Source: Curvularia clavata (Eukaryota). Taken from it: DNA of 64,000 nt. Shown piece by piece: positions 1 to 9,828 of this stretch. The position numbers and the translations under genes were made by a program. Under the pieces are notes generated by a model, which saw nothing but the letters and a program-made list of their open reading frames with translations, was not told the origin of the DNA and searched no databases. Location of the stretch: positions 5,766,001 through 5,830,000 of the forward strand of contig CP089275.1 of NCBI GenBank assembly GCA_023920165.1, given 5' to 3'. Position 1 is the stretch's first letter, and each line of letters opens with the position of its first letter.

Positions 1-624
1 CTTGCACCTTTGATTATACACAATCGCGCTATACCCGTCTCTCTCATATCCGCTTATTTCGATTGGCACCTTTTTGCTAGACCAACATTTCTTACCACAC
101 CTGTTGTTATGACACGTGAATTCCCCCATGATGTGGGTGCGATATTGGTGGATGAAGCTCTCATCATTGTCACACTTGTTGAACCAGGTTGAGATTATCT
201 CTGGGAGGACTGCTTCTGCAATTTTCTCATGCAGGTCTGGAAAATTGAAGTACTCTCTCGTCTCTTGCTTTGGCCGAAACTTTTTTGTCTTGACTATCTT
301 TGGGGGCTTGGTATTAATCGTGACCGGATTCGTTGAGACAAGTGTTTGAGGGTGGTTTTGAAACGTGAGTGCTGATGTGTCGGCTATGGAACACCTAGCT
401 AGAGCGGTGCTCAATGCGGCCTCATATGGGTGCTGATTTAATGAAGCTTCTTGATCGACCTTACACTTCAATTCATGGCGTATGAGTGCTTTCTCACTCC
501 CGAACGGGAAATTGCAGGTCTTGCAACAAAAGGTCTTGTTGTGCACCGGTGAGTTCCTTTTGTGCTGTTCGAAGGCTTTGCTGCTGCTGAATGAGCGATT
601 GCAAGGGACACATGAGTATCTCAT
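1..624 (-). CDS. C2H2 zinc finger + zf-3CxxC domain protein (3' end runs off the window)
   Basis: Open frame from ATG at 624 to the window edge, absent from the ORF track because there is no stop. It reads MRYSCVPCNRSFSSSKAFEQHKRNSPVHNKTFCCKTCNFPFGSEKALIRH (one clear and one atypical C2H2-like finger), then THIMGEFTCHNNRCGKKCWSSKKVPIEISGYERDGYSAIVYNQRCK, which matches the fungal zf-3CxxC pattern as I recall it. Confidence 0.75.
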   Translation of the reverse strand, partial: MRYSCVPCNRSFSSSKAFEQHKRNSPVHNKTFCCKTCNFPFGSEKALIRHELKCKVDQEASLNQHPYEAALSTALARCSIADTSALTFQNHPQTLVSTNPVTINTKPPKIVKTKKFRPKQETREYFNFPDLHEKIAEAVLPEIISTWFNKCDNDESFIHQYRTHIMGEFTCHNNRCGKKCWSSKKVPIEISGYERDGYSAIVYNQRCK

Positions 625-3600
625 AGTATGAAACAATGTAACTTTATGTTTGTTCCGCTGTGAGATGGGTAGATGTTTATAACACCAATTATCAATGATG
701 GAAGAGCTAAGCACAGTCTTTAGAAGAATTGCGGAGCAGTATCGCGCTGATGTTGTGTAACAAAGGGCTTCTCATCAGCCCAATAGCCCGGTCACACATG
801 TCAAATGATAATGCCGATAGGTATGTTTCACAACAGATTGATTGATGAGACCCGGCGATCCTTGAGGTGCGGGGTATGTCACGGGCAGAGAGCTTACCAA
901 AGGAACAATTGGTTCTAACAACAGTGGTGTGTACAAGGCTGTTTTTTCAGAGGAGTCAGAAGGTGAAAGCTAAGTACAAGGTCGGTGCCAAGGCAATGTA
1001 ACCATAGGGTGAGGGCTGCACTAGCCATCGCAGTGCGATCCCAACCCGCCGTAGCCGGCACGTCGCTCCTCCGTGCACAGCCACCTGCTCTCTTAGTTCT
1101 CACACCCCGCTTTCTATAGTGCATGAACATCCCATTCTTGCACATAACAATCCCCTTAATGCAATCTTTCCGTGATCTGCCTAGTTGTTACAAGCATTTA
1201 TGTTTTATTGGCTCACCATTCTTTACAATTGCTGACGGTCGATGTACACCAACTGAGATCGATCAGAAGAAATGTATACTGTATGTTGAGCGAGGCTCTC
1301 AATCGCTGGGCTGCAGCTTCCGCTAATAGCGTGGGGTCGCTTACGGTTGTTCACGCTGTTACATATGCATTGAGGCCACGAGTCACGAATGTTTATTGAG
1401 GCCGGACTGACACCAAATCACCTGGCTTTACTCCAGATCTGTCCAATCGTGTTGTAGTGTCGCAGTGTATATGATAGGCCGCAAACCGCGCATTGATCTA
1501 ACTGGAAGCATGCATCTGCTGATATCTTCACCAGGATCCCATGAGAAAGCAAGGATCTGGACGCCCACGGCTATCTTATCAACCACATAATGAAGATAGA
1601 TACTTACCAAGATCCTGTACTTATATGGAACATGTGAGTTCCATCTGGTTACATGAATTAGAAACAGACGTGGTACAGCGTCAACGACATCTTGAATCAA
1701 AAGGTCTTCCTAATTACTGTTGTCATAAAACGGGGGCTGCAAGCCTGCCCGAAACTTAGCTACTTTCTCTAGCTGATCCATAAGCACACTTTCATTCAAA
1801 ACAAGAAGACTACATAATTGTTTCGAGCACCGAATGATTCACATATAACCATAGAACAAACATTGAAAACAGGACTTCCCGTTCGTCAGTAGGTTTTGCA
1901 GTCGTCATCGACTTTGGTGGGGGGGCCTGTGCTGAGTCCCAAGGATTTCTTCTACCGGGTGAATACTTAGTTAGATTACTTGCTTGTACGCGTCACTCGC
2001 ATATAAACTATATTAGCACCCAACATCTGAGAGCCAGCCACCGCCTCTAACTATGGCAGTAGTTAGGTATCTGCTCCGAGTACTCGTATGAAGTTTTTTT
2101 TAAACAGCCCTAATAACCTGTATATGGTTGTTGTAGACAATCTATTGCTATTATGATATAGCTGGTAGTCATGTTAGCAAGAATCTCAGCCTTTTTGACC
2201 GTAGCACAGCCTCTCGGAGACTAGCTACAACGATGCACTCCCTGCCATCAAGCGACAAAAGGTGCTACGGACACTACGCAACAACCCATAAGGGCTGACC
2301 GCCAACAAATGCAACGTTTATGTAATCTCATCGACTCACCGATCGACAATGGACAATCCACTTCTCAAAAGGAAAACGCTAAAGGCAACTAGAGGACTAA
2401 TATGCACGAAATGAACTAAATATACACACAAGTTTTCCTCTTTCCCTCTCTGGCAGCCTGTATCATCGCTACACTTGATGTTGCTCCCAAAGAAAACGAT
2501 AGCTTTGAACAAAGGCGGCCCTGGCATACTTGAATCAAACATCGAAGTTCTTTAAGTACTTGGATAGGTTACATTCATATTTCACCGCACGATTCATGAC
2601 AGCTCAAGCGTTTTTCATGTGGTAGCTATACGCAAACCTACATGGAACATACGAATAGTGACATCATCGCTGCGGGGTATCTCTCCACTGTGGACGATCA
2701 TGTTTGCCCAGCTGGCGGAAAGGTCCAGGAATAGTGGGCTCAACAGTACGACTACCTTGCTTTTTCGAACTTAGTCTAGTAAATGAATGCATTAGTCTAA
2801 GAAAGAAATTACAAAGTGACAGAGCGGAGCTGAGAAAATTGCCTATGTAAACAATATGAAGTTACTGCTGGCAGCCCAAGAAGCAAAACGGTCACTTTTG
2901 ACATTGTTTGCTACAATTCGAACAATAGATTTCGCAGTCCACGTGCTATCGTAAAACGACTTTCTATCACGATCTATATCACTTTTACAGTAACCAGAGC
3001 TTCCAGAATACGCAACTATGGTCTACTACGCCTATGCAAAAAATGTAAACATGAGCTGGGAGAAGAAGCAGATACAAGCTGACCACCAGTTTAGAGCAAT
3101 GATGACTGGTCATTTCGCTATGTCATAATTGGATGCGATATCCATGCCGTGAGAGTGTGGTACCGGGCCGTCCGGGCCAAAGTCGGCGACGACGTTCTTC
3201 AGCAAGTCTCCGATGACTTCTACGTATTCGACAGAAATAAGTTAAACCTCGGAAGAAGCACTGATAAAGGAAATGAGGCCCCACAATTTATGAACAAGAT
3301 CATCTTTCAGCTCCTTAGCGACAATGAGGGCAGAAACATCACAACTTTTACCAATGCATAAGGTCATGTTCAAAAGTACAAGTTACCTGTGTACCTCTTA
3401 GGACTAGCATTCGTTCAGCCCGTTCGATCTACAACCAGTTCAGATATATCATAATAACAAAAAGAATTCACATCTCAATGATACTCTTCGTCGGGTTATT
3501 CCGCCTTGTAAAACCTATCGACGACCAACTAGAAGTCTGCCATCGCCGAATTTGATTGACACACTACGCAGCTCAGCGTTGGTGAAGCTGTCACTCGAAT

Positions 3601-4820
3601 TCAACCTCAATCATTGCAATATCACACCCAAGATGGGCATCTATGACGCGGAAGCAGATTCTCCGAACCTCTTCGCCTCTGCCTAGAACTTCCAGAAATA
3701 TGTCACTGCTATCACACTGTACACACAGATTCACGACGCGTCGAAGGTCCTTGCCAGCGAGAAGTCGCGACTACTATACGCCGGCCTCATTGACTAGCCC
3801 AAGTCATTAGTTGGTTTCAGCCAGTGTAGACTTGCCTCCAGTCTTTACAACTGATTGCTCATTACTCTATGTTGCTATTACGTGCTGATTCCTACTGTTC
3901 CCCACCTGCTTGTTGTCCAATATAGGCAGCCTTATAACCTACCCCACAGTTCAGCCGTGTACACTCGCTACTGCTCTTACTAAAACATCCCTTTTATAGT
4001 ATCAAAAAAGCGCACCCTGATTCTATATGGCATAATGTAACGTGAGTTAGTATCTAAAATTCATCATTGCTGTTCATTTATCTTATCCCATTCTATTTTA
4101 TAGCTTGTCTATGGGTGGCTACCTAATTAATAATATGTATTATGAATAGAAATGATGGTCACAGACTTCTAGGGTTGGGCTACAAGAGAACTACCACAAA
4201 TCAGCATGTCTTGGCCTCAATGATAATTTGAATACCGGAATGATGAGTTTGATGCCAAATTCCAGCATCTTGGTTATGCGAGAATGTGTGGTAGAGTGCC
4301 GAGCAGAAAAAAAAAGAGCTGCAGCAGAAAAGAGTAGAAGCCTTGCGATGATGATCGACCAAAGGGGAAGGAACCTTAGGGGAAACATGGCATTTGATAA
4401 AATCGTTGATGAATAGAAGTACGCCCAACGGGTTTGTCCCAGTATTTGTTGCTTTGTTGCGCAAAGCCGCAAAACAACGGTTTGAGTTCTAGAGCTTTTC
4501 TGACTCTTCAACGGTGCGCATGTCTCACAGCGTCGAATATCGAAGGAAGTGTAGGATATGCTTGATGGTGAAGCATGCCCTACCAGAGGATCTTGAAGGT
4601 GAATGTTTCCACCTGACGACAACATTAACTTTTGTTTTCGCTCGTTGATATCTTTGCAATCGGACGCTGTCGGCATTTCTTTGCTGTAATGATTTTCAGT
4701 ATGTACATCGGTTAAAGCACATGAATAAACCGTACTTGATCGGTTGAACGCGTTTCTCCCAGAACACGTCATCGATACCTTTGGCTGATGATTGAATGAA
4801 GCCACATTGCTATCTATTGC

Positions 4821-6425
4821 CTAATCAAGCTGAAGCCTACCCCATCTTTCAAGGACCTTTTCCTTGACATCTTCTGGGTATCCATTGCTGAAGTCACATG
4901 CAACCCATCCTTGCTTATTCTCATATTCGCTGGGTAGCAAGCAATTACTGACAACCTTACCACCTGTTAACTTTGTGCCTGGTCCGTGGCTCATATAAGG
5001 CACGAGGGGATACGCCGTGACGTCTTCAAAATGGAAGTCATCCATCCCTGGGCGACATCGTGTTGCGTATGCCCACATAACGTCATTGAAGCTAAAGGGA
5101 TCGATGTCGTCACCTACAATGAGAAGGCGATGGATCTGCATACCACACTTATGTCGAAACACCAAGTTGCCGACTCGCTCGCAGAATCCTTTAGCATCTA
5201 CCTTTAGCGCCGACAATGCTGCTCGGTCGACCTGCACAGCCGCCCAGATGACCTGTGATTCGTACAAAGCGAAGGCTTGTTTGACAGGGAAACCGTTGTT
5301 TTGCAACAGTTGCCGCATTTCCGCGGCAGCGAGCGTTCCAATCATCGTGTGCGTCTCATCTGGTCCAGACGCCTTTCCGGGCACGCAGATTGGAAGTATT
5401 GCGTCTTTTCTATGGGTGATCACAGATACAGTGTACAATGGCTGCTGTGAATTTTCGTCCAGAAAGCTGTATCCATGCATTTCTCCAAACGGACCCTCTG
5501 GCCCACGATCACGTACGGAAATGGTGCCTTCTAGTACGATCTCGCTGTTCGCCGGAACATAAATGTCGTTCGTTTCGCACTTTACCAACTCAAGAGGTGA
5601 TCCGCAGAGAGATCCTACGTACTCTGCTTCGGTGACACCAGCCGGAAGGGGCATACTCGCTGCCATAACAGCAATTGGAGGTGCGCCAAGCGCGATCGCA
5701 TACGGAACATCTTCACCTTTTTTTACCCATTCCTCGTAGATGCGCGCAATATGTTGAGGTTTCATAATAAGCCCTGCCATGCGAGTTTTATCATGAACCA
5801 TTGCACGTGCGATCGACCAATTTGTCCAAGGCTCCGTCGGATGCTGCAAGATGTTGATTCCGAGCGTCTGGATGTAGTTACCTCCATCAGCTTTATTAAG
5901 CAATGGCACAGGTAGTTCCGTCAGATTCACGTCTGGTCCTAGTATCTTGACCTCCTTACACGGCCCATCTTGGACGTGAACGGGGGGTATTGGCTTTTCA
6001 AACTTCGCCTTCAAAATAAAATCTATGATCTCCTTGGGTCCAGCATATGGCTCAAGACCAAGGTGCAGCGCTAGACGACGATGTGATTTTGTCGGATCCT
6101 TGGAGAGTCCACCAGGTGCACCCAAGATCCGGAAGAAACCATCATCGGCGCCTTTGACGTTATTGAACAAGGGCGCCCTCGAGCGACGTTCGTATGCGCG
6201 GCGTGTAATTGCAGCCACTTCCAGCTTTGGATCCACCTCTTCATTAATATCTACGAGATCGTTCTCTTTCCTGAGCGCATCCACAAACAAGCGAAAGTCG
6301 AGATGTGGAGCTGTAGAAGAAATTGTAGACTGCTGCCGAGTTGCGATCATGTGTAGGTTGAATGAATTCTTATGTGAATTGGAGGAATGCCGCTTGAGCA
6401 ACCTGAAATTGGTTCGGACACTCAT
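4821..6425 (-). CDS. FDC1: Ferulic acid decarboxylase (UbiD family, prFMN-dependent)
   Basis: Intronless ORF with UbiD/Fdc1 motifs WTNWSIAR, PEGPFGEMHGY, DETHT and DVMWAYATRCRPG. The start is ATG 6425 or ATG 6350. Confidence 0.95.
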   Translation of the reverse strand: MSVRTNFRLLKRHSSNSHKNSFNLHMIATRQQSTISSTAPHLDFRLFVDALRKENDLVDINEEVDPKLEVAAITRRAYERRSRAPLFNNVKGADDGFFRILGAPGGLSKDPTKSHRRLALHLGLEPYAGPKEIIDFILKAKFEKPIPPVHVQDGPCKEVKILGPDVNLTELPVPLLNKADGGNYIQTLGINILQHPTEPWTNWSIARAMVHDKTRMAGLIMKPQHIARIYEEWVKKGEDVPYAIALGAPPIAVMAASMPLPAGVTEAEYVGSLCGSPLELVKCETNDIYVPANSEIVLEGTISVRDRGPEGPFGEMHGYSFLDENSQQPLYTVSVITHRKDAILPICVPGKASGPDETHTMIGTLAAAEMRQLLQNNGFPVKQAFALYESQVIWAAVQVDRAALSALKVDAKGFCERVGNLVFRHKCGMQIHRLLIVGDDIDPFSFNDVMWAYATRCRPGMDDFHFEDVTAYPLVPYMSHGPGTKLTGGKVVSNCLLPSEYENKQGWVACDFSNGYPEDVKEKVLERWGRLQLD

Positions 6426-6553
6426 AGCTGCGGAACTTAACAATCGTGCGCTGGTAGTGAAGAGTATAGACAGAAAATAACCTGATCGTTCTTAATTACA
6501 GTCCGATAGATCTCTTCACTGCTTGCAGATTTAGAATCATCTCTACAACAATA

Positions 6554-6656
6554 TATGGTGCATGGTAAAGATGAGGGTATGCTGAGTAAACTTGGAGAGC
6601 TATCCCTATAACGCTACTTATGGTGCTTGGCAAAGATGAGGGTATGCTGAGTAAAC
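6554..6656. repeat. 38-bp imperfect direct repeat in the FDC1/PAD1 divergent promoter
   Basis: tatggtgc(a/t)tgg(t/c)aaagatgagggtatgctgagtaaac at 6554-6591 and 6619-6656, with 2 mismatches. Confidence 0.85.
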
Positions 6657-6709
6657 CTCGAGCTCGGATCACTGATTGTTCTATGAACAACTGATAAGGA
6701 TGATTGTTC

Positions 6710-6727
6710 TGAGTCAGCGTTGAGTCA
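6710..6727. promoter_or_regulatory. Two tandem TGAGTCA (Gcn4/CpcA/AP-1-type) elements
   Basis: TGAGTCA at 6710-6716 and 6721-6727 between the divergent FDC1 and PAD1 genes. Function is inferred only. Confidence 0.4.
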
Positions 6728-6986
6728 TCTCGTATCTTGGTACGATCGCCCGTAGTTGGACACTTTAAGGTAGCCTAGCTACATAAACTATCTTTGTCAG
6801 AAGCCCCGAAGCGCTTAGAAGATGTGCTGCATTGTAGATCAGAGTGTACTAAGTCCTAATCTTTCGGATATCGGCCGCTTTGTGTGACATAGCCTGAGAT
6901 GTTTCCAAAACATGTCGTATCCTATATGCATGGGTATAGTTATATATGAACTTTGCCAGACAGAAATATGTATCTTATGTGCCTTT

Positions 6987-7736
6987 ATGTTCTCCCAAAT
7001 GCTTTGTCGTTGGTCCGGGGTCTTGACGCCCATTCATAATTTCAGGACTCAACGCGTACTTCCATACCACTTCGCTCTACGAACTAGTCGTTTTCAATCA
7101 ACTCTTCCACGTCCAATTCAGCGCAAACGCGTCATCGTCGCTGTAACTGGAGCTACCGGTGCTCCACTTGCCGTGGAATTACTTCAACAGCTTCGCAAAC
7201 ACAATGTCGAAACTCATCTCATCCTCTCAAAATGGGGGGCCTCGACTCTCAAATATGAACTTGAGGCACCACAGAACACAGTACAATACCTCAATTCTTT
7301 AGCAGATCACACCTATGCCGCCAGTGACGTTTCAGCAACCCTCTCGTCAGGATCGTTCCTTACCTATGGTATGATCGTGGTTCCATGCTCGATGAAAACC
7401 CTCGCTGGTATCAGAATAGGTTACGACTCTGACCTCATCACTCGTGCAGCTGGTGTTACTCTCAAGGAGCGACGGAAACTGGTATTGGTAGCGAGAGAAA
7501 CACCATTAAGCTCAATACATCTTGAGAATATGCTGGAAGTTACCAAAGCTGGTGCAATAGTCTTTCCACCGGTGATGGCTTTCTATACTCGACCAAAAGG
7601 AATAGGCGACATGGTAACGCAGAGCGTTATGAGAATGGTGGATTGTCTAGACCTAGCAGTCAAAGACGATAACCACGAAAATGGAAGATGGGGTGGGTTT
7701 AATTGGGAAGGGAAGAGTAGAGAAAAAACAGCTTAA
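6987..7736 (+). CDS. PAD1: Flavin prenyltransferase (UbiX family) with mitochondrial-type presequence
   Basis: Motifs VIVAVTGATG, SSGSF, VVPCSMKTLAGI, LVARETPLS and PPVMAFY, preceded by an Arg-rich N-terminal leader. Divergent from FDC1. The start is uncertain (6912, 6987 or 6999). Confidence 0.93.
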   Translation: MFSQMLCRWSGVLTPIHNFRTQRVLPYHFALRTSRFQSTLPRPIQRKRVIVAVTGATGAPLAVELLQQLRKHNVETHLILSKWGASTLKYELEAPQNTVQYLNSLADHTYAASDVSATLSSGSFLTYGMIVVPCSMKTLAGIRIGYDSDLITRAAGVTLKERRKLVLVARETPLSSIHLENMLEVTKAGAIVFPPVMAFYTRPKGIGDMVTQSVMRMVDCLDLAVKDDNHENGRWGGFNWEGKSREKTA

Positions 7737-8632
7737 GAAGAATCGTATCTTAGTAACTGATGTTTCATTGAATGACTTGTTTCCCAAGCTTGTCGGCTAA
7801 CAGAAACCACTAACACAATTGCACGGCGATAACACGACATATCTGCACAGCACCGAACGTAGAAGACCTCTACTAAAGCACATGTAGAGCTTGTTATCTC
7901 TGATATCAACCTCCAGCAAGTACAAAGTAAAACACTCGCTATATCAGTCTATATTGTCTCTTGGAAACATAATGGTGAGCCGTTTGAGTCGGAAGGAAAG
8001 GCGCTCTATCGTACGTATAGGTACTTTGATTAGCAGGCGACTTGTGGAGGACGAATAGGGACTTAGATGTTTGAATACGATACACCTAAAGCCTCATTCG
8101 TAGGCGGCTCTATTTCAAATTCCCGGAGTTGAATGGCCCATTTACTAACAGTTCTATAACGTCTTAGATCCCAATAAGCTGACCTGCAGATCTACAAACT
8201 CCTAACACTAGCGAAGCCTTGATACAGTCTTTTAGAGCAGGGAATTCAAAAGTGCTAGCTTTATCGTGGAGCAGTGCGATAAGGAAGATCGAGCGTGGTA
8301 TTTTGGAAGACATAGACAGAAATTGCAATATATAGTTACCTGTTTCAGAGTTATAAAGCATTTGGTGCCTTGGGCTTCACATTTTAGGTCGAATACGACC
8401 AGTTTTGAGACACGCAAGTGCATTCAACCTCATTCGTTAGAGGATCAAAGAATTTAGAATCATGTATTAATTCCCAAGGGCGTGATTTGAGAACTAACAG
8501 GATAGAGTCTAACGAGCGTTGGGAGATTACCTCTCAAGAAAAACATATCATAAACGACAGGACATGAAACGCACATGCTTCTCCAATTCAGCCCTTTGGC
8601 AGCCCTTCAAGCCTCTGCAGATCTCAACTCAC

Positions 8633-9028
8633 CTAAAAGCTGCAGAACGCGCACTCAATTTCCAAGTTACTGACGTCCTTTGGCGCATCGCCAAAGAAGA
8701 TATCCACTACGTGAGTGTTCAGGTCGCAAGCAACATTTCCGTTCGCGTCGTTGCCGATTCGGCCAGTGAAAAGGCTGCAAGAGGCACCGGATAGCGTAAT
8801 CTGGATAGTTTTGGGAACAAAGCCAAAAGCGATAGAGTCTGGGTTATTGAGGATTGTAAGAGGTTGTTCCCCAGCACCGCCATCGATTTCACCAATGACG
8901 GTACCGGTTTGTCGCGCGCTGACTGTACGCCGGTTGCTGATTTGACGAGTGTCCTTGGGTGCTGTAGCGGCGGATGCGCCAGCCAGGAGGGCCGCAGTGA
9001 GCAGAGTGGTGATCTTGGAGCAGTACAT
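8633..9028 (-). CDS. Small secreted protein (131 aa)
   Basis: Signal-peptide-like MYCSKITTLLTAALLAGASA, a possible dibasic propeptide site (NRR), and 4 Cys in the mature region. Confidence 0.7.
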   Translation of the reverse strand: MYCSKITTLLTAALLAGASAATAPKDTRQISNRRTVSARQTGTVIGEIDGGAGEQPLTILNNPDSIAFGFVPKTIQITLSGASCSLFTGRIGNDANGNVACDLNTHVVDIFFGDAPKDVSNLEIECAFCSF

Positions 9029-9828
9029 TGCGATTGTTGTTTATTTTCTATCGTTTCTTCTAAGAAATCCCGAGAGAAAAGAGAAGAAAAATGATAGAAG
9101 AAGATCTGATTGTTTACTTGGTTTTGCTGTTGTATACTGAAGAGAAAGATGTCGATGAGATGGTTAAGTTATATAGAGCTCCCTTGGCGGCACTGATTAC
9201 GCTATAGCTGCGGCGGGCTGTGTATGGATGGTATCATAATGGCGCCAGCAACATATAATTTCATATCCATTGCAACCTTGTTTTCAAACCAATGTGCCAC
9301 CGGAGCAAAAACGTATCTCAAGCTAGCCCCAGCCATGTCAGCCTAGGTACCGGATTACGAACCCATGCAGAGATCAGGAAATTTTCCGTTAATCGTCCCG
9401 CAAACCAAGCTCTGGGTAATCTATTGTGAAAGGCGAGCAACGTCCAGTCAGAACCGTTCCGCTGACGTGATGCAGACCACCCGCGGCTACGTCATTCATC
9501 AGCAAGCGCAAAGGACAATGTGTTCGTCGCGCCAACAGACAATTTCGTCATGACATATCTTGTGAGTATTTTTAGTTTTGGCTTGCGTAAAAAGACTATA
9601 ACCAGAAGACGACTTTCACAAGCGCTACAAGACTATATATCAGATAAAACATTTGCATTGACTAAATTAGATTAAAGTAAAATTATGAAGAGAAATGATT
9701 TCTGCTAGGGATTGACAAAACTCCAGGCCGTGCGCAGCTGGGAATTGGATGTGTAGCTAGGTTTAGACTACCATCTCTTTTCAATCCATACAGCCTTTCT
9801 GCTACTGCCACACATGTGCTAATCCGGA

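Noticed and set aside
2600..3800. Coding-like plus-strand fragments with scattered stops
   Set aside because: Possibly a decayed gene, but no family could be assigned by eye. BLASTx is needed.
4191..4805. 204-aa minus-strand ORF just downstream of FDC1
   Set aside because: No recognisable motifs and a composition typical of 3' UTR or intergenic DNA. It is not an SdrA-like Zn2Cys6 factor.
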